Counted from the stretch's first letter, positions 9,558 to 19,022 are shown. The stretch: DNA of 64,000 bases from Candidatus Campbellbacteria bacterium (GCA_045863475.1 BTUR01000001.1:184978-248977), one strand, 5' to 3'. Notes: generated by a model from the sequence alone, not told the origin. Program-made: numbers and translations.

Positions 9558-10178
9558 CTACTCGGAGAGGCCGATGTTGAGGGCCGAGAGCTTCGGCGGC
9601 TCGGGAACCGGGAAGTCGTCGAGGGGGTAGGCCTGTCTTGCGGCCTCGAAAACCCTCTGGCTGATGAAGAACTTACCATCACGAGCATCGATGACGCCAG
9701 CACCGATGGTTTCGAGAAGTCGTCGGTCGAAACTGTCCCTGTCAGACGCGTAAGCCTCGAAAAGCAGTTGGTCAGTCAACGGCATGGTGACCGGTGATGA
9801 GGTTTTGGGCGTCGACGACGCGGGTCCCGTCCAGAGAAGTCTCACGGTTTCCCAGTGGGTCGGGTGCAGTCCCGAATGACTGAGCAGGAAGAATAAATCA
9901 TCGAACTGCTTCTCCCACGCTTCGCGGATGGGACGGAGCACTCGATCTTCCACATGACGTTCGTAGACGAGCGAGCCAACTCCCACCAGACATCCGATCA
10001 GCGCCCCCGCGAGAAGCATCCATGCACCAAAGCCGGCGGTGCTAGCCTTGCCGACGAAAGCGGCTTCACCGTAGAAGATGAAGAAGGATGCAAAGCACAC
10101 GGCAGCGAGAAGCATCCCGCCGTAACCAACAGGAGAACACCAGCGGTCGAAACGCTTCTGCAACTCTCCATACGTCAT
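9558..10178 (-). CDS. MTYGE-family membrane protein, paralog 2
   Basis: MTYGELQKRF..., same architecture; the LFFLLSHSGL...VRLLW motif. Confidence 0.55.
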   Translation of the reverse strand: MTYGELQKRFDRWCSPVGYGGMLLAAVCFASFFIFYGEAAFVGKASTAGFGAWMLLAGALIGCLVGVGSLVYERHVEDRVLRPIREAWEKQFDDLFFLLSHSGLHPTHWETVRLLWTGPASSTPKTSSPVTMPLTDQLLFEAYASDRDSFDRRLLETIGAGVIDARDGKFFISQRVFEAARQAYPLDDFPVPEPPKLSALNIGLSE

Positions 10179-10283
10179 GGGAAATCCTTTCTCTGCCCTC
10201 AGGCAGCGTTATGTTCTGCGGCGACGATATAAGTAAAGCGCGGACGAGTCAAGCTCGTCCGCGCGGTGCAAGGAACACAGGAT

Positions 10284-10895
10284 TCAGGATCCGCAGAGTG
10301 TGTCGAGCTTCTGCCGGGTCTCTTCGACGCTCCGGTCGTCATTGCTGTTCGCTGAAAACTTGTCGAGAGGACACGCCGCCCGAACAACATCCCAGAGGTT
10401 CTCTCCGATGGAGAGTCGGTGGTAGCTCTTCTGCGAGATCTCGAGAAAACCCCTGGCCTGAAGACGGTACAGGTAGCGGAAGAATTGCAACTCACCCTCC
10501 TGAAAGCTGCGGGCCGCCCCCTCGACTTGCTCTTTGCTCCAGAACATCGACACATGTTGCGCCGAATCGGACGTCCAGAGGTGTCTGATGACGCGAACTC
10601 CCTCGGCCTTCAGAGGGCCGTGAGCGAGAAAAAGAAACGTGTCGATATTGTTGATTCGCTGCAACCATGCGGCTCTGATGTCCTCGCGCTCGTTGTACCA
10701 CCGTGCTGTCGAGAAAAAGAGTGCGGTGGCACCTGCGATCAAGAGCGCCAGGACGAGCACGATTTCCCAGGGAACGTCGTACCCCAGCGCAAAACGTGCT
10801 CCTATGCACATGAGCACCAAAATCGTGACGAGTGCGACAACGAAAAACGAATTGCGAAACATCCGGTAATTCTTATTCGCCACTCCGTACGTCAT
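10284..10895 (-). CDS. MTYGE-family membrane protein, paralog 3
   Basis: MTYGVANKNY..., same architecture; the LFLAHGPLKAEGVRVIRHLW motif. Confidence 0.55.
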   Translation of the reverse strand: MTYGVANKNYRMFRNSFFVVALVTILVLMCIGARFALGYDVPWEIVLVLALLIAGATALFFSTARWYNEREDIRAAWLQRINNIDTFLFLAHGPLKAEGVRVIRHLWTSDSAQHVSMFWSKEQVEGAARSFQEGELQFFRYLYRLQARGFLEISQKSYHRLSIGENLWDVVRAACPLDKFSANSNDDRSVEETRQKLDTLCGS

Positions 10896-10977
10896 GACGC
10901 CCTCCCTTTCTGAAAATCCTGCGGTTATTATCTTCTGCCACCATACGTCAAACCGCCCGCACTGTACAGTGCGGGCG

Positions 10978-11010
10978 GTTTCTGTTCCCTGTCGTCTGTT
11001 CCCTGTTCCC
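10978..11010. repeat. GGGAACAGGGAAC motif cluster (reverse complement on + strand) directly 3' of a TAG stop
   Basis: TGTTCCCTG at 10983-10991 and GTTCCCTGTTCCC at 10998-11010. In gene orientation the stop reads TAG AGCCAGGGAACAGGGAACAG. Confidence 0.5.
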
Positions 11011-11015
11011 TGGCT

Positions 11016-11711
11016 CTAGTCGTGCTTCATCTCGTTGCCCAAGTGCTCGAGGTAGCGAGCAGCTGCACTTTGTCCTCCCAAACCAAATGAGAGACCGAAT
11101 GCAAGTGCAAGTGCGATGACAACACCTGTGAAGAGCGTCTGCAAGAATGCAACGCCGATACCGAGGTGTGAGAGCGCAACCAAGAGTGCGAAGACCAAGA
11201 TTGACCAGCGTGAGAGTGCACCGAGGAAACCTGCCATCTTGATGTGCGTTGCCTTCGCCGATGCGATGACGAGCTTGCGGACTGCCTCTGCAATCACCAC
11301 CGCAACCAGCATGATGAGCACTGCGACGATGACCTGCGGCAAGTAGCCCAAGACCACGTTGCTCAAGAAGTCGGTCACCTGTGTGAGGTTGACGATTTCA
11401 AGTGCGGCAATCAAGAAGACTACGATAATGAACCAGCGAACGAGCTCGCCGATGAATTTGCCTGAGTTAAGCGAGAAACCGGCGCGTGCGAGCGTCTGTT
11501 CCATGCCTGCGCCCCGAAGCGCCGAGTCGAGCTTCATCGTCTTGAGAACCTGGTCCACAGCACGTGCCAAAAGCGACGCGATGATCCAGCCGACGATGAA
11601 CACGATGAGGGCAACGATGAATTTCGGCAAAAACGCGATAACTCCCGCCCATACAGACGCGAGTGATCCCGCTACCGTCATACCCGTTGTTCCAAGAATT
11701 GTTCCTTGCAT
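11016..11711 (-). CDS. polytopic membrane protein with repeated 'conserved TM helix'-like segments (MscS-associated type)
   Basis: 231 aa with about 5 TM helices; repeated motifs KFIVALIVFIVGWIIASLLARAVD and KFIGELVRWFIIVVFLIAALEIV. Confidence 0.5.
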   Translation of the reverse strand: MQGTILGTTGMTVAGSLASVWAGVIAFLPKFIVALIVFIVGWIIASLLARAVDQVLKTMKLDSALRGAGMEQTLARAGFSLNSGKFIGELVRWFIIVVFLIAALEIVNLTQVTDFLSNVVLGYLPQVIVAVLIMLVAVVIAEAVRKLVIASAKATHIKMAGFLGALSRWSILVFALLVALSHLGIGVAFLQTLFTGVVIALALAFGLSFGLGGQSAAARYLEHLGNEMKHD

Positions 11712-11934
11712 AGATTAGTTAGAATATAGTTCGAATTCGTTTTTTAATGTTGTTTTCAGGGTTTTTCCCCGAAAACATGCCCGAAGGCGCTATTTCGACT
11801 TTTAATGTCTTTAATGATAGCAACGGAGCAGGATGTCCTTTAACCCCCTTGTGGATAACCCTTCGTTCGCCTGAATCGCCCAAAAAGCGCGCGTCTCCGC
11901 CTGCTGGCGGAGCGCTCACTCTCGGGCTCTCGCC

Positions 11935-12066
11935 CTCCGAGAGTCTTTTTGCGCGACAGGCTCTCTGCGTGCGGGAAATAAGCTCGTTCCGTACGCAGGG
12001 AATACAAAATACGAGAGTCTTTTTGTGCGACAGGCTCTCTGCGCACGGGAAATAAGCTCGTTGCGC
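11935..12066. repeat. tandem direct repeat (2 copies of about 60 nt) followed by a perfect hairpin
   Basis: GAGTCTTTTTG(C/T)GCGACAGGCTCTCTGCG(T/C)(G/A)CGGGAAATAAGCTCGTT occurs twice; CCCCGCAGTGACCAAAGTCACTGCGGGG lies at 12068-12096. Confidence 0.5.
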
Positions 12067-12128
12067 ACCGCCCCGCAGTGACCAAAGTCACTGCGGGGCG
12101 TGTTGAGGTGAAGAAAAAATGAAGTACC

Positions 12129-12686
12129 CTACAATCCGAGTTTGTTGACGATGTTGCGGTGCGGATAGTCAAACACATCGCGCACGAGTCGGTCGTTCAT
12201 ATCCATGCGGTATCTGAAGTCCTTTGTGGAAAGCGTAACGTAGCGAATTTCCGTACCGCAGTCAGACTCAATACCTGCAATCGCGCGCTTGAGCGCCCGC
12301 TCGTTGATTCGGTCCCCGACGATGAGAATGTCTGTACGCGTGTCAAAGTCACCGTTCATGAAAATACCCGATGCCGATATAAGTTTTATGGTTCCTGTAC
12401 GCGCAACGCGCTCTTCAATATCAACATCCACAAGCATGTTGCCCAATAAAAGTTCACGCAACGAAACCATGTGAGGAAACGAAGCATCGAGTGTCCAGCC
12501 CTTAGCTTTTTTCTTCGCAAATCCGGCAGATTTCAGCCACGAGAGCGGACCCGTCAGTGTGCGTGCAGGAACGTGGAGGCGTTCAGAAAGTGTTTTCGGC
12601 ATAAAGACGCCGTCCGGGTGAAATAGAAAAAAACGCATCAATCGCACGAGCGTCGCATCCCCAAACAGTTTTGCCAGCAAATCCAT
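12129..12686 (-). CDS. hypothetical protein with a possible N-terminal winged-helix
   Basis: 185-aa ORF; N-terminus LVRLMRFFLFHPDGVFMPKTLSERLHVPARTL resembles wHTH regulators; C-terminal domain unknown. Confidence 0.4.
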   Translation of the reverse strand: MDLLAKLFGDATLVRLMRFFLFHPDGVFMPKTLSERLHVPARTLTGPLSWLKSAGFAKKKAKGWTLDASFPHMVSLRELLLGNMLVDVDIEERVARTGTIKLISASGIFMNGDFDTRTDILIVGDRINERALKRAIAGIESDCGTEIRYVTLSTKDFRYRMDMNDRLVRDVFDYPHRNIVNKLGL

Positions 12687-12878
12687 CCCGATAGTGGCAG
12701 GTCGCGGTCGTTGTAAACTTCCGAAACCAGCAAATTAAGTTTTAACAAAAATACAGCTCACCCCACGGAATCCGGAAAGCGACCGCGGTCACTATCGGGA
12801 TCCATGTCTAGATTATAGACGCATTTCTTCATAAAACAAAAACGCCCCCGTGGGGGTGTTTTTGTAATTGCTTGGATA

Positions 12879-15077
12879 TCAGGACAGTGCGGCTATTTGT
12901 TTTTGAAGCTCTTCGATGAGTTGCATGATGAGCGCGATGAGCGCCGTTTTAATCTCTTCAATCATGCGCGCCCGGTCTTCCGGCGAAAGCGCACTGATAT
13001 CGGTCACGTCCAAAGGACCTGTCACTTCCTCCGCTCGACGGCTACTACCACCTCCTCCACCTCCACCACCCCCGTCATCCTCCTCTTCTTCCTCTTCATC
13101 GGGTGTGAAATTAACGATAAGCGCTTGAGAACCGTAGTCGGATTGGTCGGTGTACCAACCATTCTCGTCATACGCACGCAGATAGATTGTGTACGAACCT
13201 TCTGCAAGTCCGGAAAGTGAGCATATGAACGCTTCGTTTGTTTCGTTGTATGCACCATCACCCGCATCACACGCGGTCCATGTGCCGTCGGGGTTGCTGC
13301 TGAATGCATATTCAACCCCCGCAATATCTGAAGCTGAGTTGGATGCATCCGCAGTTCCCGTCAAATCGTAGGAGGTGATGTCAGTTTCTGCTGAAGCGAC
13401 TGTTGGAGCAACTGTGTGCGGGAAGTTAAACACGATAAATGTTGAGCCCGCGTCCGTTCTGCCGCTAACATCAGCTGCGTATGCAACCATGGCTATGTCG
13501 GGACGACCGTCGTTGTTGAGATCACCTGCGGTCATGCCTTGTGCAAAGAATGAGCCGGAGATGCCCTCCCAGCGCGCCGCGTATGCGTCCGCATCGGTGA
13601 TGGTGATGTCATTGCCGGTTCCTGTGGTGCTTGCAAACGAATCATTGTCGATGTAGTACACCGCGCCGAGTGATTCGTTTGTCTCACCCTCAGGAAATCG
13701 TCCGGAGATAAAGAAGTCGTCAACGCCGTCGCGATCCATGTCGGCAACTGTCAGACTCGTGCCGAGGTGCTGCGTGAGGGACGCGCCAATGAAGCGGAGG
13801 TTGTAGTTCGTCGTGGGTGATGATGTGCCAAGCTCCACCACGTTGTCCGTGCCAACGTAATCATCAATGAGGTCATTGTTAATGAGGTACGTCCAGCCCG
13901 TACCGCGAACAGTGTTGCCGCCGTGGTCGGCGCCATTGGCGCCGACCAGAATATCCGTTGCACCATCATCGTCAAAATCACCCGCAGCGATGCTGCCGCC
14001 GAATACCGCGTGGCGCGAAATCATATCGTAACGAGTCGAAACAGTCGACGACGCATTAAGATCAACAATATTGCCGACACCAGCGTATGCGTCGAGTAGT
14101 TCATTGCGAATGAAATACACAGAACCACCATCGGCTTCAACATTGTCGCGGCCGTATGCAGGAAGCATGAGATCGAGTGTGTCGTTGCCGTCAAAATCTT
14201 CAATGATAAGCGGCCCGTTACCGAAAAGTTCCGTTGATTCACTGCCATCGAGCCGGATGTTGAACAGTGTTGTGGATGCGAGATCCACCGTGTTGCCGGT
14301 GCCAACATAGTCATCCAAGAGTGAGTCGTAGAAAATATAAATCGAACCGGAGTACGTGCGACCGTTGTTGTCCGCATCTCGTGCACCAATGAGCAAATCA
14401 TTGCCACCAACGCCGTCGAGATCGGCAACTGCCAGACCCTGCGTAAACGCGAGCATGTCGTTTGCGGCGGCACCTTCAAACCGGATGGTATAGCTTGAGG
14501 ATGCCGACATGTCCACGGTATTACCGGTACCAGTGAGGCCTGAAAAAATGCTGCTGTCGATAAGATAGAGCGCTCCTGCTGACGAGCGTCCGTTGGGATC
14601 AACACCGTATCCGGCAACAAGAAGATCCGGTGCGTCGTCGCCGTCGACGTCCGCAACTTTTGCGCCGCTGATTGAGAAGTAGTCGTCTGCCGCAGCACCG
14701 TCAAAACGAATGTTGTAGGAGGTTGATGCGAAAAGATCGATGGTGTTACCTGTCCCTGTGTAATCGTCCAGAAGTGAATCAAAAAGCACGTGGAGTGAGC
14801 CGGAATTCGACCGACCATTATTGTCGTCCCACCACGACTGGAGCAATATGTCGTTGCGTCCATTACCATCAAGGTCGGCAATGACCGGGTCGCTATAGCC
14901 GGTCCAGTCACCTTCTGTTGCACCGTCAATACGAATGTTCCATGCGGTTGCATCAGAGGTGATGTGCGTTGCTGCGGCAAATGCGGAGAGCGGTGCGACG
15001 AGTGTTGAGGCAGTAAAGACGACACCGGTAATGAGCGCGATCGGTTTGCAGATCACGGAATATTTTTTTAGCATATG
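12879..15077 (-). CDS. large secreted FG-GAP/VCBS-repeat protein with an acidic Gly-rich C-terminal region
   Basis: N-terminal signal/TM; at least seven FG-GAP-like repeats (DLDGNGRNDILL, DVDGDDAPDLLVAGYG, DLDGVGGNDLLIGA, DFDDDGATDILVGANG, DMDRDGVDDFFISG, DLNNDGRPDIAMVAY); EEEEEEDDGGGGGGGGG then an amphipathic C-terminal helix. Confidence 0.7.
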   Translation of the reverse strand, partial: HMLKKYSVICKPIALITGVVFTASTLVAPLSAFAAATHITSDATAWNIRIDGATEGDWTGYSDPVIADLDGNGRNDILLQSWWDDNNGRSNSGSLHVLFDSLLDDYTGTGNTIDLFASTSYNIRFDGAAADDYFSISGAKVADVDGDDAPDLLVAGYGVDPNGRSSAGALYLIDSSIFSGLTGTGNTVDMSASSSYTIRFEGAAANDMLAFTQGLAVADLDGVGGNDLLIGARDADNNGRTYSGSIYIFYDSLLDDYVGTGNTVDLASTTLFNIRLDGSESTELFGNGPLIIEDFDGNDTLDLMLPAYGRDNVEADGGSVYFIRNELLDAYAGVGNIVDLNASSTVSTRYDMISRHAVFGGSIAAGDFDDDGATDILVGANGADHGGNTVRGTGWTYLINNDLIDDYVGTDNVVELGTSSPTTNYNLRFIGASLTQHLGTSLTVADMDRDGVDDFFISGRFPEGETNESLGAVYYIDNDSFASTTGTGNDITITDADAYAARWEGISGSFFAQGMTAGDLNNDGRPDIAMVAYAADVSGRTDAGSTFIVFNFPHTVAPTVASAETDITSYDLTGTADASNSASDIAGVEYAFSSNPDGTWTACDAGDGAYNETNEAFICSLSGLAEGSYTIYLRAYDENGWYTDQSDYGSQALIVNFTPDEEEEEEDDGGGGGGGGGSSRRAEEVTGPLDVTDISALSPEDRARMIEEIKTALIALIMQLIEELQKQIAALS

Positions 15078-15168
15078 CAGACCATCATACCCTGTTTCTC
15101 CAACATCAAAAAACGCCCCCACAGGGGCGTTTTTCTTAGAAGTTGCGGCTGCGACCTAAAGTGACGCT

Positions 15169-15579
15169 TTATTTAAGCGTGACCTTACCTCCGGCTTCCT
15201 CAATCTTCTTCTTCATCTCCTCAGCATCTTCTTTCTTCACACCTTCTTTGATGATGCCCGGTGCACCGTCAACGAGATCCTTCGCCTCTTTGAGACCAAG
15301 ACCCGAGACTTCCTTCACCGCCTTGATGACTGCGATCTTGTTGTCGCCTGCTGCGGTAAGTTCGACGTTGTACTCAGACTTTTCATCTGCAACCGCCGCT
15401 GCCGCTGCCGGCGCTGCTGCTGCAACTGCCGAGACACCGAACTTCTTCTCGAGCACTTTGACGAGCTCGTTGAGTTCAATAACCGACATCTTCTCAACCT
15501 TCTCTACCAAATCTTTGAACTGCGCGGGAACTTCAACTTTTTCGTCAGCTCCCGGCTGTACTGTTGTTTCTTCTGACAT
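15169..15579 (-). CDS. rplL: 50S ribosomal protein L7/L12
   Basis: [32 protein letters not shown]...[23 protein letters not shown] is canonical L7/L12. Confidence 0.9.
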   Translation of the reverse strand: MSEETTVQPGADEKVEVPAQFKDLVEKVEKMSVIELNELVKVLEKKFGVSAVAAAAPAAAAAVADEKSEYNVELTAAGDNKIAVIKAVKEVSGLGLKEAKDLVDGAPGIIKEGVKKEDAEEMKKKIEEAGGKVTLK

Positions 15580-15674
15580 ATGTGTAGTTAATTAGTTTAT
15601 TAGTTGGTTAGTTGGTTAGTTGTGCTTGCCTAATAAACTAAAGCGAAGCGTGACCAACAAACTAACAACTGCCG

Positions 15675-16175
15675 CTATTCCTTCTTGCCTGCAATAGCAG
15701 CAAGCGCCACCACCAGACCCTGGATGGGTGAGTTAATGACGTTGACGAACATTCCGCGCAACGTATTCATTGACGGAATGGTTGCGATTTCAAGCATTTC
15801 TTCGCGGTTAAGCATCTTGCCTGAAAAGATACCTCCAAGAATCGCAATGCGGTTCTCAAATTTCTTCGTGAAGGCATGAATGCCGCGCGCCGGGGCGGTC
15901 GTATCCGCTCCCTCGCCGCTCACGTGCGCGATGGCTACTTCACCGGAAAGGTCCGGTGTCTCACCTTGTGCGCCCGATGTCGGCAACGCTTTTTTGATGA
16001 GCGTTTTCTTTGCAACGGTGTACCCCACGCCGTCTCCCTTGAGCGTCTTGCGCACTTCGGAAACGTCGTGAACAGTCAGTCCGTGAAAATTCACGAACAC
16101 TGCCGTTGCGGCGTTTTTGAAGATGCCTTCAAGTTTCTGAAGGACGTCTTCTTTTTTCTGTCGTGTGACTGCCAT
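15675..16175 (-). CDS. rplJ: 50S ribosomal protein L10
   Basis: MAVTRQKKEDVLQKLEGIFKNAATAVFVNFHGLTVHDVSEVRKTLK is L10; it lies immediately upstream of rplL. Confidence 0.85.
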   Translation of the reverse strand: MAVTRQKKEDVLQKLEGIFKNAATAVFVNFHGLTVHDVSEVRKTLKGDGVGYTVAKKTLIKKALPTSGAQGETPDLSGEVAIAHVSGEGADTTAPARGIHAFTKKFENRIAILGGIFSGKMLNREEMLEIATIPSMNTLRGMFVNVINSPIQGLVVALAAIAGKKE

Positions 16176-16376
16176 AGTTCTTTTTGTTTTTAAAACAAAA
16201 AATGACCGCACGGGCCACTCTAAAAGAGTTGTCGACCTCTACAGGACCTCTGCCTCTTGTGTATGTGAGACTGCCTGTGTTCTCTGGCCGTGCCCAAACA
16301 AGATACAAAAAAGAGCGCAAAAAAGCAAGAAGCCGAGTCCCGATGTGTCGGGACTCGGCTTCTTTTGTATCTTTTT

Positions 16377-16392
16377 CTGTTCCCTGTTCCCT
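16377..16392. repeat. GGGAACAGGGAAC motif (reverse complement) directly after a TAG stop
   Basis: CTGTTCCCTGTTCCCT; in gene orientation the stop reads TAG TTAGGGAACAGGGAACAG. Confidence 0.5.
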
Positions 16393-16394
16393 AA

Positions 16395-18881
16395 CTAGAT
16401 TTCCCGGATATCCGGATCGTCGGTTTCGCTCGGGTCAAGGGCGCTTTCACAACCCGGGTCGGGGAGCGTCTGACCGCCACCGTCATAGTCGATGACTCCA
16501 TCGCCATCATCATCAAGTCCGTTGTTACACTGTGTCACCGTCGTTGCCTGGTTGAGCTCGTCGTCATCTTGGGGACTTGAACAGCCGGGGTCATTCATGT
16601 CGATCAACTCGTCCTCAGGGTCGTCGTTGTCGATGTTGTCAGAACACTGTGTCGCGTTTGCCTCATCGTCATCATCCGCGGACTGACAACCGGGATCATT
16701 CGGGTAGTCCGTTTGTTTGTCGCCGTCGTTGTCTTCTCCGTCGGAACACTGCGGCGGACGTAAATCAACAATGACTGAGTCGGAAACCGTGCCAGACGCA
16801 CCACCAATACCTTCGCCACCACTTGGTACATCACACGTAATAATAAACGTTATCGGACCTGTAATGGTCGGCGACCATTCCGCACCATCGTCATCTTTAG
16901 GATTGCCGTTCCACGACGCTACACCTTTATTATTGCTCGTACCGACACAGGTGCCGGGTTCGATGTCAGATGACGTCCAGGTGAGATACGCCATCGGGTT
17001 TGCTTCCGAAACGTACACCGGACCGTCATCGCCGTTTGCTTTTATATCAACATCTGCCCCCGGAGCTGGCGGGTCTTGCGTGTACTCCAGCACAAAGACA
17101 ACTGTATCTCCCGCCTCGAGATACTGAGAATCTACCGGAGTTATGTCGGTAAGCGTGTAACCGTTTTTCGTGTCCGCTGGGTCAATAATGTACGTACCGA
17201 CCGGCATGGGCTCATAAATTTTTTCAGTTTGGTTCGAGAGTTCGTTGTTGTATCCGCCCGGAGGCCCGGAGAGTATCCACGTCGTCGCAAATGGATTACC
17301 GAGGTTATCGAACGATCTGACAATGACCGTACCCGTCGTCGGTGAAGGAGGATTGACTGTCACCGTACATGCTGTTCCTGTCATACCGTCTGACGAAACA
17401 GTAACTGTCTTCGTCCCTGAGGTTGTGTAAGAAACGAAAAACGCCCCGCCCGTATCAGATGACGGGGTACCACCCGTCGCGCTCCATGAATACGTTCCAT
17501 TGCCGCCGCGTGCAGTAAGCCCCGCCTGTTCGCCAATATCAACGGTCTGCCCTGCCGGCAAACACTCAGGTGTCACCTTCACTGTTGTTGTCGCACCAGC
17601 CGACCCACCGGATGTGTTGCCACAGTTCACCGCAAACACCGTGTTGTTGTGAAGCGGTGCGGTTGGACCAGCAGTACCTGACGGTTGCGTGCCGGTGAAA
17701 AACCCAACCGTCTGACCTTCAGGGTTTGCATAACAATATGTCGCATTCGTTGAACCCCATGTGATGGTTGTGCCCTGTCCGTAGGTAACTGGTGAAGGAG
17801 ATGCGGAGATTGTCGCGGTGACTGATGCGCCGGTGTTAAACGTCGCGGTCACCGAGCGGTTTTGTGTCATCGAAACAACACAAGAGCCTGTGCCGGAGCA
17901 CGCACCGCTCCATCCGGTAAATGTCGAACCTGTCGCAGGAGTTGCAGTTAGTGTTACTGATGTACCTGATGAATATCCTTGTGAGCAGTCGCTCCCACAC
18001 GAAATTCCCGCAGGAGCTGACGTCACCGTACCGCTCCCTGTTCCTGCTTTGGCGACAGTAAGCGTGAAGGAGGAGGCGGAAACCGTCACGGTATCCGTAC
18101 ACGTTCGTGTCACTGTGCCGTTGGTATTGTTGCGCCACTGCACACGCCCTTTTGCCGTGTAGGTTCCGTTTGAAGAGTACGGGGCGTTTGTCCAAGAGTT
18201 TGAGCCACTGCTAATCCATGCGGTCGTTGCGTCGTACGAGCCATTGTTTGTGTAATCAATTTCGTATTTGCGATTTGTTCCTGTTGAGCAATTTTGTGCG
18301 TTTTGTGTTGAAAGCGCGAAGGTGAAACTGCTGCCGGCGGGACCTGAAGACGGCGTGACGGCAAGATTACATGAGAATGAACATGGGTTGGGGCGGTTGA
18401 TGGTAAATGTTGTCGTTTTTTGATCTTGATTTTCAGGCGGATAACCGTAGAGACTCGTTGTGCGAACGATGAGTGTGTATGTGCCATTGGCAAGCGATGA
18501 AACGTTTATCGAACCGTTATACTCAAACGGAGGATTGGGAATCCCTTCGTAATCCCTCCACATCGTGGGCCCTACAAGTGATGTTCCTTGCACTAAAGCC
18601 CAGGTTTGTCCCTGAGTAACGATGTGCCCGTTTCCCTCAACACCTTCACACCTTCCTCCCGGAAGCCAGTCTGCACTGACGATGGTAAGAGTATTTTGAG
18701 CGGCATCGAGAGAAACTGTCCCCGTGTTATACGTATGAGGACCAAAACCATAATCACCCGGCACAGGGTTACAAAGTGCAAGTGCCGTTGACGGAGAAGA
18801 CAACGCTCCGAAGAGAACCAGCGCACTAAAGAGCACTGTTACCGAAAATGCAGAACGTGTAAAAGAGGTGGGGCGTTGCAT
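16395..18881 (-). CDS. giant secreted Thr/Ser/Gly-rich surface protein with an InlB-B-like repeat and C-terminal Cys/Asp-rich putative Ca2+/metal-binding repeats
   Basis: Signal peptide MQRPTSF...ALA. GSGTVTSAPAGISCGSDCSQGYSSGTSVTLTATPATGSTFTGWSGAC resembles the bacterial InlB B-repeat domain. Four C-terminal repeats of CxDGxDNDGDxxxDYxxDPGC. Confidence 0.65.
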   Translation of the reverse strand: MQRPTSFTRSAFSVTVLFSALVLFGALSSPSTALALCNPVPGDYGFGPHTYNTGTVSLDAAQNTLTIVSADWLPGGRCEGVEGNGHIVTQGQTWALVQGTSLVGPTMWRDYEGIPNPPFEYNGSINVSSLANGTYTLIVRTTSLYGYPPENQDQKTTTFTINRPNPCSFSCNLAVTPSSGPAGSSFTFALSTQNAQNCSTGTNRKYEIDYTNNGSYDATTAWISSGSNSWTNAPYSSNGTYTAKGRVQWRNNTNGTVTRTCTDTVTVSASSFTLTVAKAGTGSGTVTSAPAGISCGSDCSQGYSSGTSVTLTATPATGSTFTGWSGACSGTGSCVVSMTQNRSVTATFNTGASVTATISASPSPVTYGQGTTITWGSTNATYCYANPEGQTVGFFTGTQPSGTAGPTAPLHNNTVFAVNCGNTSGGSAGATTTVKVTPECLPAGQTVDIGEQAGLTARGGNGTYSWSATGGTPSSDTGGAFFVSYTTSGTKTVTVSSDGMTGTACTVTVNPPSPTTGTVIVRSFDNLGNPFATTWILSGPPGGYNNELSNQTEKIYEPMPVGTYIIDPADTKNGYTLTDITPVDSQYLEAGDTVVFVLEYTQDPPAPGADVDIKANGDDGPVYVSEANPMAYLTWTSSDIEPGTCVGTSNNKGVASWNGNPKDDDGAEWSPTITGPITFIITCDVPSGGEGIGGASGTVSDSVIVDLRPPQCSDGEDNDGDKQTDYPNDPGCQSADDDDEANATQCSDNIDNDDPEDELIDMNDPGCSSPQDDDELNQATTVTQCNNGLDDDGDGVIDYDGGGQTLPDPGCESALDPSETDDPDIREI

Positions 18882-19022
18882 GTATAGAAAGTATTTAGGA
18901 GTAATAGTTACGTGATTAAATGATAGCACGCAAAAAACGTAACAAAACGAATGTGTGGAAAAAGATACACCCCGCTCGGAGATGAAGTCCGAAACGGGGC
19001 GTGGTGCCATGCGGTGCGCGTA

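Noticed and set aside
11935-12066. Possible CRISPR array (direct repeats)
   Set aside because: Only two copies of a roughly 60-nt unit, with no regular repeat-spacer periodicity and no cas genes in the window; treated as a simple tandem duplication.
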